From Candidatus Falkowbacteria bacterium (lineage in GTDB: Bacteria > Patescibacteriota > Patescibacteriia > UBA11705 > JABHMO01), in NCBI GenBank assembly GCA_016214755.1, contig JACRNX010000031.1, positions 18,020 through 82,019 on the forward strand: a stretch of 64,000 nt of DNA, read 5' to 3'. Below are positions 28,845 through 37,070 of the stretch, in pieces. The position numbers and the translations under genes are program-made. A model generated the notes under the pieces. It ran no database searches. It worked only from the letters and a program-made list of their open reading frames with translations, and was not told the DNA's origin. Each line of letters begins with the position of its first letter. The stretch's first letter is position 1.

Positions 28845-29996
28845 TTATTTTTTCATTGACATGGCGGAAATAAACAACGAAGCGAAAACAACATTGCATC
28901 CAATGATAACGAGTGTCGCGGCGAAAGAAACCCATTCAGGATGCGGTAAAGGCATAAAGGACAATTTAATCCATTGGCTCACGCTCCAAGCGATTATCAC
29001 GGCGCCGCTTAAAAATAAACCGCTGCCACACATGATGCCTGTTTCCAGTTTAAAATATTTATAAAATTTTTCTAGAAACGTATTTTCTTTTTCAAAGCGT
29101 ATGCTCCACGAATAACTTTTCGCGTATAATCCAAGCAAAATGATTTGAAATCCAATAACGCTGAAAATCGTGGCGAAGATTGCCGTCACCGCGCCAAGAA
29201 ACGGGCCACGATAGAGAAACGGCACAATGATTAGACCAAGATGAATTAACAAGCCAGCGGCCAATAAAAATAAGCCGGGCAGGAAAAATACTTTATTCGG
29301 CAAATAAACAAGCATCAATCGCAAACTCCGCCAACCATCGCGAATTGTTCGTAATTTTGAATTCCCTTTTCTTAGCCCAAGCGAAATCGGAATTTCGATT
29401 ATTTTTAGGCCTGATTTCCAAGCATTGATCGCCAGTTCAAGATTAAATTCCATCCCTGGACTAATCGGAACGATTTGTTCGTAAGCTTTTCTGGTGAAAG
29501 CGCGATAGCCGCAATAAACATCAGTGTATTTAACGCCGAAAAAATAGTTTAACATCGTCGTAATCAGCGGATTACCTATAATTCTATGTGAAAACGTAAT
29601 ATTTTTCTTATCGTTCAAAGACAAATATCGGCTGCCGGTCACGAAATCATAACCATCCCGCAGTTTCGTTAGAAAAATCGGGATTTGCGTAAGGTCATAA
29701 GTGTCATCAGAATCAGCCATGATGATAAAATCACCTTTAGCGTTATTAAAACCGATTTTATAAGCATTGCCATAGCCGCGGCAGGGTTCGCGAACAACGC
29801 GCGCGCCCAACGATTCAGCGATTTCCACCGATTTATCTGTTGAACCATTATCGCAAACAACAATTTCTCCATTGAGATTTAATTTCTCGAAAGAAATTTT
29901 AATTTTTCTGATGCACTCGCCAATCGTCTCTTCTTCATTTAAGCACGGCATGACGACCGAGAGAAGCGGTTTTGAAGTTATGTTTTCTTCCGGCAT
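28845..29996 (-). CDS. polyprenyl-phosphate glycosyltransferase (GT2, GtrB/DPM1/ArnC-like) with C-terminal TM helices
   Basis: LSVVMPCLNEEETI ... VVCDNGSTDKS ... IIMADSDDTYD GT2 domain followed by 3-4 TM helices. This is the architecture of Und-P-sugar synthases. Confidence 0.75.
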   Translation of the reverse strand: MPEENITSKPLLSVVMPCLNEEETIGECIRKIKISFEKLNLNGEIVVCDNGSTDKSVEIAESLGARVVREPCRGYGNAYKIGFNNAKGDFIIMADSDDTYDLTQIPIFLTKLRDGYDFVTGSRYLSLNDKKNITFSHRIIGNPLITTMLNYFFGVKYTDVYCGYRAFTRKAYEQIVPISPGMEFNLELAINAWKSGLKIIEIPISLGLRKGNSKLRTIRDGWRSLRLMLVYLPNKVFFLPGLFLLAAGLLIHLGLIIVPFLYRGPFLGAVTAIFATIFSVIGFQIILLGLYAKSYSWSIRFEKENTFLEKFYKYFKLETGIMCGSGLFLSGAVIIAWSVSQWIKLSFMPLPHPEWVSFAATLVIIGCNVVFASLFISAMSMKK

Positions 29997-29997
29997 T

Positions 29998-30903
29998 TTA
30001 TTTTTTTATTATGAAATTTATTATGCCTGTTTTTTTAAATATTTTCGCGATAAAGTTTATTGGAATGAAAACAATCAAAAGTAGATTGTAATATTTCGTT
30101 CTTCCATAGCGCAGTTTGCTCTTGAATAATTTAGTTGACTGAAAATAATTTTGCGCGGACAGCGCCCAGTGTGAAGTATTTAAATTATAAGTTATTTGAC
30201 AATTGTCAAAACCAGCTTGCTGAACTGTTAAGCTCAAAGACGCGGGCGTGAAATCGTACAAATGGCGGGGCGCGTGAAGTCCGCCCCAATATTTTTTAGA
30301 TAAAATAAAATCCCACGACGCGATGTTTGGCAGTTCGCCGATGACGTAACCGCCGGGCTTTAATTTTCTTTTCGCTTTTTTTAATAGTTCGACGGGCGAA
30401 GACACATGTTCAAGCAAATGGTCCATTATCACGAGATCGAAATAATCATCGGGGAAATCAGCGTTCTCAAAAGTGCCAATGTAAATACTTCGCCCTTCGC
30501 TAATGCCGACGTTCGCGATTTCACTGTTAAATTCAACGCCGACGAAATGCCAATTTGTCCTTTTCGCGAAATAATCCATGTAATGTCCGTCTCCACAGCC
30601 GATATCAAGTATCCGGGCATTGTCGCCAATCAACGATTTATAAAAAGCCAATCGTTTTTTTAATCGGAGACGCTGTAATGTATTAAAAATTTTTGATTTT
30701 ACGCGCGCGTAATTATAACCATGATATTCCTTCGGATAAGCTCTAAGTAATTCACCGGTCATGAGTTTCGGCTCGAGTTCGCCTAAGCCGCAGCGCGGGC
30801 ATTGGTAAAGCGAAAAAAATCCCGGGTATTCATATTCGAAATCCTGACAGTTGCTTTCAAGGCGAACCTGTTCATGATTACAGACAGGACAATTATTATT
30901 CAT
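29998..30903 (-). CDS. SAM-dependent methyltransferase with N-terminal zinc-ribbon
   Basis: CPVCNHE...CPRCG four-Cys ribbon followed by ILDIGCGDGHYMDYF (class I MTase motif I). Confidence 0.7.
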   Translation of the reverse strand: MNNNCPVCNHEQVRLESNCQDFEYEYPGFFSLYQCPRCGLGELEPKLMTGELLRAYPKEYHGYNYARVKSKIFNTLQRLRLKKRLAFYKSLIGDNARILDIGCGDGHYMDYFAKRTNWHFVGVEFNSEIANVGISEGRSIYIGTFENADFPDDYFDLVIMDHLLEHVSSPVELLKKAKRKLKPGGYVIGELPNIASWDFILSKKYWGGLHAPRHLYDFTPASLSLTVQQAGFDNCQITYNLNTSHWALSAQNYFQSTKLFKSKLRYGRTKYYNLLLIVFIPINFIAKIFKKTGIINFIIKK

Positions 30904-30914
30904 AAAAAAGACGG

Positions 30915-31943
30915 CTATAAATTTCTATAATAAACCGGCGATTCGTTTGCTTGGTTTATTTTTTTTGTCACGCCATTTATGTAAGCGGCTTCTCCAGCCG
31001 GACGGCAGTATTTATAAGAAGTTTGAAAATATGAAAAGCGAGTCATCTCGCGCCATATATCCTTTATCTCTTCTTGGCGGATATTGCCGAAACTGACATG
31101 ATTTAGGGAACAACCCATGACATCGCCGTACGGCGAAAGGCAAAATTTTTCTCGGCCGGCCGGACATTGCGACCGGCCTTCATAATTCAAAGAAAAACAT
31201 AATCTCATCCGCGGATATTTTTTTATCAAAGCGTCGAGCTGGCGCCAGTCCTCGTCGCTTAATAACACGTCTTCGTTATTTTCCCAATTCCCTACTGGCA
31301 CGGCTGGCGCCGGATTTAGCAGTAGTCCGTTTATCGAAGCGAACTCGCAAATGTCAGCGAGGCGGTTAATGTTTTTATGGGTTATGGTAAAAGAAATCGC
31401 CGTCAATAAAGAATATTTTTTCGCGTATCCAATTACATTCATGGCTTTGTCGAAATGGCCTTGGACGCCCCTTAGTTCATCATTTTCTTCGGCTGTTAAT
31501 CCATCTAAACTGACTTGCAGATAATCAATCATTGATTCTTTAAGCCGGTGAACATCATTTTCGTTGACTGACAAACAATTTGTCAGTAAGCCGATAATCG
31601 TCTTCCGCGGCTGAAGCGCGGCGATGATTTCAAACAAATCCGGCCTCATGAAAGGCTCGCCGCCCGTGATAACAGCGCAAAACGCGTCTAAGCGCAAGCA
31701 TTTTTCCCAGAATAATTTTACTTCCTCGGGCTGAATAAGCGTTTTGCCGCCGCATTTTAATTTGCTGGAAAAACACATTTCGCATTTTGAATTGCAATCC
31801 GGCGTGATTTGAATCTCCACGTTGCGAAGAGGTTTTCGCTTAAGAAATTTGCTTTTTATCACGCCATTAACTAAGCGCTTTGCGGCCAGAGGTTTGCGTC
31901 GCAATAATTCACAATAAGAAATGATTTTTTTTATCGGCAACAT
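30915..31943 (-). CDS. radical SAM enzyme with C-terminal SPASM/twitch-like Cys-rich domain
   Basis: ITPDCNSKCEMC (CxxxCxxC) near the N-terminus. The C-terminal auxiliary cluster region is SQCPAGREKFCLSPYGDVMGCS. Confidence 0.75.
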   Translation of the reverse strand: MLPIKKIISYCELLRRKPLAAKRLVNGVIKSKFLKRKPLRNVEIQITPDCNSKCEMCFSSKLKCGGKTLIQPEEVKLFWEKCLRLDAFCAVITGGEPFMRPDLFEIIAALQPRKTIIGLLTNCLSVNENDVHRLKESMIDYLQVSLDGLTAEENDELRGVQGHFDKAMNVIGYAKKYSLLTAISFTITHKNINRLADICEFASINGLLLNPAPAVPVGNWENNEDVLLSDEDWRQLDALIKKYPRMRLCFSLNYEGRSQCPAGREKFCLSPYGDVMGCSLNHVSFGNIRQEEIKDIWREMTRFSYFQTSYKYCRPAGEAAYINGVTKKINQANESPVYYRNL

Positions 31944-31962
31944 AATTCCGTAATCAGCTCTA

Positions 31963-32634
31963 TTATGTTTTTATAATCAGCATTAAATTACTCGTCATCG
32001 CGGCTAGTTTGAATTTTTTAACCGCTATGGACGCGCCAGCCGGGACTAAATTTAAAAATTTTTTCTTTGACAGCAGATTCAGATTTTCTTTATCGGCGAA
32101 AAAATTTTTTCCAAAAAGACGGCAAATAGCGCGGAACCAGGCGGACGGAAGCCAATGCGCGAGAGGAACCAGAGTGTGAAATTCCAAAGGAAACCAACGA
32201 TTTGGGGTTGAAACGCAAATGGTCTTTCCAACGCGGCACAACTCGCGCATGAACATTTTCTGATTTTCGTTATCGCCGACATGTTCAATGGTGGCAAAAC
32301 TGACTACCAGATCAAAACTATTATCCTTAAAAGGAAGCCGCCGGCCATCAGCTTGAATAAATTTCAACCCGGGAAAATCATGTTCCAAAAAACTCGCGTC
32401 TTGCGCGCCAACCGCGGTTATTTGATTGGCGAAAGGATATAATTTTTCAAAAAAATTACAATCAGCCCGCTCGTCAGAAGTCACGCCGACATCCAACACG
32501 GTCGCTCGCACTGAAGGATTCACGGTTGAAATTATCGTGTCAAACATCTGCCGGCGAACTTGCCATGAAATTTTTTCAATAATCCGATTAAGCCAAGGCT
32601 GGTACTGATGGTAATTGCTGTTGGTCTGGACCAT
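31963..32634 (-). CDS. class I SAM-dependent methyltransferase (Methyltransf_11-like)
   Basis: VLDVGV...DLVVSFATIEHV pattern; 223 aa. Confidence 0.5.
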   Translation of the reverse strand: MVQTNSNYHQYQPWLNRIIEKISWQVRRQMFDTIISTVNPSVRATVLDVGVTSDERADCNFFEKLYPFANQITAVGAQDASFLEHDFPGLKFIQADGRRLPFKDNSFDLVVSFATIEHVGDNENQKMFMRELCRVGKTICVSTPNRWFPLEFHTLVPLAHWLPSAWFRAICRLFGKNFFADKENLNLLSKKKFLNLVPAGASIAVKKFKLAAMTSNLMLIIKT

Positions 32635-32637
32635 AAT

Positions 32638-33606
32638 TTAGACAATGGACTTTTTTATTTCACTATCGCGCAAGAAACAGCCGTCGCAACCAGGAATCGT
32701 GTGCGCCAATCCGGCTTTATGTTTTTCGCGGATTTCGTTTAATCGCGTAGAATGCCACATATCAAAAATTGAAGCGTTTCTGACGTTGCCAAGCGCGATT
32801 AGTTTTTCCTCGTCATGATTGCACGGCAAAAAGGTCCCGTCCCACATCACGGCCGCTCTTTGCCATATTTGCGGGCAAGTCCAATCAGCGCTAATTCCAA
32901 GATGTTTATTTTTCATATCTTTAAAATCAAGGTAGGCGACCTCGTCAGCGCCGTTATCAAGCCAGAAATCCTTGTATTGCTCGTAAACGTCTTTCAATTC
33001 AGGCACGGCGACGGTTTGAATTCTTATTTTCGGATAATCAACTGACAGCGCTTTTTTTCTGGCGACAAGGTTACGTATATTTTGAACCACAATTTCAAAA
33101 TTTGAACCCACGCGATGCTTCTCATATATTTCCTTCGTGTATCCCTCGAAAGAAATTGAAATCCTGTCCAATCGAGCGTCAATCAATTTCCGCGCCATAT
33201 CGTCATTTAACAACAAACCATGCGAATTAAAATAAACATCAATTAATCCCCTGTCTTTCGCGTATCGAACAAATTCGTGAATTTGAGGATGAAGAAGCGG
33301 TTCGCCGCGGAAATTGAACTTAACGCCGCACAATCCTTTGTCCGCGCCTTCGTCAATAATTTTTTTAACTAAGTCGAAGGTTATAAATCCGCCGATGATT
33401 CTCTCTCTATTGTAGCAGAAAGTACACTTTAAGTTGCACGCGCTTGTTGATTCAATATCAATGAACAAAGGAAAACCCCCGACATAAAATGATTTTGGCC
33501 ACTCTTCCCAATGACGGCGATATTGCTTGAATTTTTCGTCATCCTTATCTAAAACGTTTTTTCCGCCCAAAGAATGAAAGTTCGAATTTACGCTGATTGT
33601 CGGCAT
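32638..33606 (-). CDS. radical SAM enzyme with C-terminal SPASM domain
   Basis: ESTSACNLKCTFCYN (CxxxCxxC). The C-terminus has CPQIW...CNHDEEKLIALGN...GCDGCF, a typical SPASM auxiliary-cluster Cys pattern. Confidence 0.75.
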   Translation of the reverse strand: MPTISVNSNFHSLGGKNVLDKDDEKFKQYRRHWEEWPKSFYVGGFPLFIDIESTSACNLKCTFCYNRERIIGGFITFDLVKKIIDEGADKGLCGVKFNFRGEPLLHPQIHEFVRYAKDRGLIDVYFNSHGLLLNDDMARKLIDARLDRISISFEGYTKEIYEKHRVGSNFEIVVQNIRNLVARKKALSVDYPKIRIQTVAVPELKDVYEQYKDFWLDNGADEVAYLDFKDMKNKHLGISADWTCPQIWQRAAVMWDGTFLPCNHDEEKLIALGNVRNASIFDMWHSTRLNEIREKHKAGLAHTIPGCDGCFLRDSEIKKSIV

Positions 33607-33615
33607 AATATTTTA

Positions 33616-35238
33616 TTACATATCTATTTTGTCTGATGAAACGCCGCTCGGCGCCAACGGCGGCTTTTGATAAATTGATTTAATTTTCGCGAGAAACATT
33701 CGAACATAAAAAAGCGTTCTCGGGCGGTCAAAACCAACGGTCAGCCGCGGAACGAAGAAAACAAGTACGACGACGAAAGCGCAGTATAAAATTCCGGAAG
33801 GAAAAATAATCCAAACGCCTAAATCCAGCCCGAACAATGAAAATACTGTTTTAATAATAGTTTTTCCGACTGACATCGAAGCAAGCAATATCAAAACAGA
33901 AATGACTTGATGCCAGACAAATTCCCGATATTTTAATTTTAAATATCGGCAATTGAATAACAGTTGAATGTTGGTAGAAAAAATCACGACCAACACTCCG
34001 GCCATCGCCGCCCCAACCGCGCCCAAACCTAAACCCGGCAAGAAAAAATTTCGAGGCGCCACAAAAAAATAATTCGCGATAATGCCGACTAAAATAAAAC
34101 CAATGCCGATATTCCTGTACAGTTTCGTCCTTTCAGTTGAATAATAAACGGCGCCGTTCATTTGCGCGTATGTCTGATACATCGGATAAAAAGCCATGAT
34201 GGCGATCGGCAATATCGCTCCGCTAAATTCATCGCCGGCGAATAATCGCGTTATCTCCGGCGTGTGAAAAACGAAAAAAATCGCGAGCACGCTGGCTAAA
34301 AAATAAAATAATTTAGCGTTGTCTCGAAAAAGTTTTCGCATGGTTTCAAAATCAGAATTGCCATGCGCTTTGGAAAATTCGCTCATGAAAATCGGCACCA
34401 TTGAAACAGTAAAAATTAAACTGATTGAACTGATTTTATCGGATAAGCCGAAAAAACCTTGCTCCGTTGATCCGCCGACGACCTGCAAAAACCAACGCCC
34501 CCAAAGACCGGCCAAAAGAACTACCACTGAATACAAAAAAAGAGGCGAACTATATTGATAAAAATATCGCGTAAGCGCGGTCGCACTTTTTTTAAATTCC
34601 GTCCAGGAATATTCCGAATGGTCTGCGTCCTTAGCGCAGTAAATAATCGTGTAAACAACAAAGCCAATAGTTTCAAGAATGCAAAAAATAAGAAAAGTGG
34701 TAAGGTCAAGGTATTGGAAGATAAAAAGCGCGACCAAAACCAAAGTGAAAAATACGCGCACTTTTAAGCGAACTATTTCAGAAACAACGGTCAATCCCTT
34801 GGCGTCGGAATAACCAAAAACAATGTTACTAAGCCAAAGCAGCCAACCGAATAACGCGGCCAAATACACGTATTGCATTCGCTGGTCGGGAAAAAAAGTT
34901 TGCTCATAACCAAAAATATTCACTGCAACGATAAAGATTATCAAAATTATCGGAATCGCTAATGAATAAAGTGTGTAAAAAATTACCGCCGCGCCTGATT
35001 TACGATTTTTCGCGCTGTAATTTAAAAAAGCGTTAGACGTGCCTAATTCAAAGAAATTCGTGATCGAAGTAAAAATGCCGGACAAAAACGTAAAATCGCC
35101 ATAATGAGTCGGACCCAGCGCCCGCGGCACCAAGCTTACTTTTGCCGCGTATAAAAACAAACTGACAATACGGACGAACAGCTTGTAAAAATATCTTTTT
35201 TTTATTGAATCACTTCTTTCCATGGCCGATTTTCTCAA
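33616..35238 (-). CDS. oligosaccharide flippase (Wzx-like, MOP/polysaccharide biosynthesis protein family)
   Basis: 540 aa, about 12-14 TM helices, N-terminal basic segment. Assignment from topology plus the Wzy/Wzz/WecA context. Confidence 0.5.
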   Translation of the reverse strand: MRKSAMERSDSIKKRYFYKLFVRIVSLFLYAAKVSLVPRALGPTHYGDFTFLSGIFTSITNFFELGTSNAFLNYSAKNRKSGAAVIFYTLYSLAIPIILIIFIVAVNIFGYEQTFFPDQRMQYVYLAALFGWLLWLSNIVFGYSDAKGLTVVSEIVRLKVRVFFTLVLVALFIFQYLDLTTFLIFCILETIGFVVYTIIYCAKDADHSEYSWTEFKKSATALTRYFYQYSSPLFLYSVVVLLAGLWGRWFLQVVGGSTEQGFFGLSDKISSISLIFTVSMVPIFMSEFSKAHGNSDFETMRKLFRDNAKLFYFLASVLAIFFVFHTPEITRLFAGDEFSGAILPIAIMAFYPMYQTYAQMNGAVYYSTERTKLYRNIGIGFILVGIIANYFFVAPRNFFLPGLGLGAVGAAMAGVLVVIFSTNIQLLFNCRYLKLKYREFVWHQVISVLILLASMSVGKTIIKTVFSLFGLDLGVWIIFPSGILYCAFVVVLVFFVPRLTVGFDRPRTLFYVRMFLAKIKSIYQKPPLAPSGVSSDKIDM

Positions 35239-36049
35239 AAATTAAATTGACGGCGGCGGCAATCGCCCCGCCGCTATTATACCGAGGAATGATATATTTC
35301 ATTAAATACTCTCTATTGTTTGACAATTTGTCTTGATTAACGGTGCAATATAGACGGATTATTTTCTTTAATTGTTTAGTTTTGGACACGATGTGAATTC
35401 TTTTTTTTAATAAATTAATATCTTGGGGCAGTGGTTTTAAATAATCATCGTATAAAATAATTGTTTTATCCGTCGCCATCGCCTCAAACATCGCGGTTGA
35501 ACCAAAATCAAAAATATAAGCGTCGGCGCGATTCATGATATTGATGAATTTTCCGCTTCGGACGTATTGACAATTAGAATATCCTTTATCGCGTATATAT
35601 TCCGGCAAAGGATTATAGGCCGCGTCAGACGCTTGCAATCCTTTGATAATAAACTTTATTTTGGGAAAGAATTTAAAAACATCCACTATTCTTTGTTGTA
35701 GTTTAAATGTTTGAATGTCAGTCCAATTGCTTCTGTGCGAATTCCCATAAAGCAAACTAACGACAAATATTATCGTTGAAAATCTTTTTCTCGGAGAATG
35801 AAGGCGTTGACTTTTTTTAAATAAAGATTCGATTTTCGCCGAACCGACGCTATAAGCGTTTTGCTTTGTTTGTCGTTTAGAATAAAAATTATTTGCTTTT
35901 TTCGCTAACTCTTTATCATATGTTAAAAAAATATCTGCCGTTTTCATGTCAGTTTGTTGCGGGATAGCGTCTTCGCATAATAACGACTTACATTCCTCCA
36001 TGTTCATAGATAACTGTTGGAATATTATTGCTTTTACAAACAGCGGCAA
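35210..36049 (-). CDS. C-terminal half of a GT-B/TagF-like glycosyl- or glycerophospho-transferase (apparently split from 35988..37070)
   Basis: Begins with TTG rather than ATG. Overlaps the upstream ORF by 62 nt in the +1 frame. IFDFGSTAMFEAMATDKTIILYDDY resembles the CDP-glycerol glycerophosphotransferase / GT-B C-terminal region. Confidence 0.4.
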   Translation of the reverse strand: MPLFVKAIIFQQLSMNMEECKSLLCEDAIPQQTDMKTADIFLTYDKELAKKANNFYSKRQTKQNAYSVGSAKIESLFKKSQRLHSPRKRFSTIIFVVSLLYGNSHRSNWTDIQTFKLQQRIVDVFKFFPKIKFIIKGLQASDAAYNPLPEYIRDKGYSNCQYVRSGKFINIMNRADAYIFDFGSTAMFEAMATDKTIILYDDYLKPLPQDINLLKKRIHIVSKTKQLKKIIRLYCTVNQDKLSNNREYLMKYIIPRYNSGGAIAAAVNLIFEKIGHGKK

Positions 36050-37070
36050 TCGCCTGGCTGTTAATATTATAAACGCCGGTGGTTAATAAAATGCGGAAAT
36101 TGAATTTTGCGATTAGCTCTTTCGCTTGCGCGTGAATTTCCAACGCGCGCGGGACTGATTTAATCAGATGTTCTTTGAACGCATTTGCCACTATCGGCCA
36201 GAAATTAACAGCGCAATATGAAAATTGGTTTATGAAATTGTCATCGCGCGTTAACTTTTGCCAGACCTGTTCCCATTCCTCTTGTCGAAACGGGTTTATC
36301 GTTTTGAGTTTAATTGTCCTAAACATATTTGATAAATAAAACGGATATCGCCAATTGGCCGTATCCCAAACAATCAGTTGCTTATTTTGTTTCAAAAGAT
36401 CATTAAGAACGTATTTAAGGTCAAATGTGTAATTTAATGCCAATATTTGCGGTTTTCGCCAGCCGGACAATATGTTTTTTATTGACAAAAATTGTCGCTG
36501 AAAATAAATTTTTCTGACGATTTTATTTTGTTTCATTCTGGAAATTAGATCAGGCAACAAATTTTTTTTTCTCCGACGCGCTTTTTGCGTAATTACCGTC
36601 GGCATGGATAAACTATATTTTTTCGCAATCAACGGAACAAGGGCGCAATCATTGGTTTCTCCATTTGAAAAAAGATATATTTTTTTGATTTGGCCGCGCT
36701 TGTTGGCGAGATAGTTGTCCAATAATTTTATTCTTGTCATGACGCAAGCCAGATTTGAATAGAAATGGACGAATTCGCTTTTGTACGGGGAAAGATTCGT
36801 ATCTTTTAATGAACTTATATTGTCAATTAAATAATTATCAATGTACTCGATAATTCCCTGAAACTTTAAATAATAAAACGCTTTTTCTTTGTCAGTTAAA
36901 ATGATTTGGGAATAATTTTCAAGCGTTTCATATTTAATTTTATGGCGCTCGAGAAAATGACAGGCCTCGGCCGTTAGCGCTATCATTTGGTAACGATCTG
37001 AATCTTCGTCGTTCATTATTTTTACGGCCGATTGAATCTGTTGTTCGTTCTCGACAAAAAATATATTCAT
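35988..37070 (-). CDS. N-terminal half of the same putative GT-B/TagF-like protein (frameshifted relative to 35210..36049)
   Basis: 360-aa ORF ending ...IPTVIYEHGGM at 35988. No independent motif recognised. Paired with the downstream TTG-initiated ORF. Confidence 0.35.
   Translation of the reverse strand: MNIFFVENEQQIQSAVKIMNDEDSDRYQMIALTAEACHFLERHKIKYETLENYSQIILTDKEKAFYYLKFQGIIEYIDNYLIDNISSLKDTNLSPYKSEFVHFYSNLACVMTRIKLLDNYLANKRGQIKKIYLFSNGETNDCALVPLIAKKYSLSMPTVITQKARRRKKNLLPDLISRMKQNKIVRKIYFQRQFLSIKNILSGWRKPQILALNYTFDLKYVLNDLLKQNKQLIVWDTANWRYPFYLSNMFRTIKLKTINPFRQEEWEQVWQKLTRDDNFINQFSYCAVNFWPIVANAFKEHLIKSVPRALEIHAQAKELIAKFNFRILLTTGVYNINSQAIAAVCKSNNIPTVIYEHGGM

Noticed and set aside
30915-33606. 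Possibility that the SPASM radical SAM pair marks a RiPP (ribosomal peptide) cluster
   Set aside because: Gene gaps are 4-19 nt, so no precursor-peptide ORF can fit. There are no peptidase or transporter partners nearby, and the carbohydrate-enzyme context dominates.
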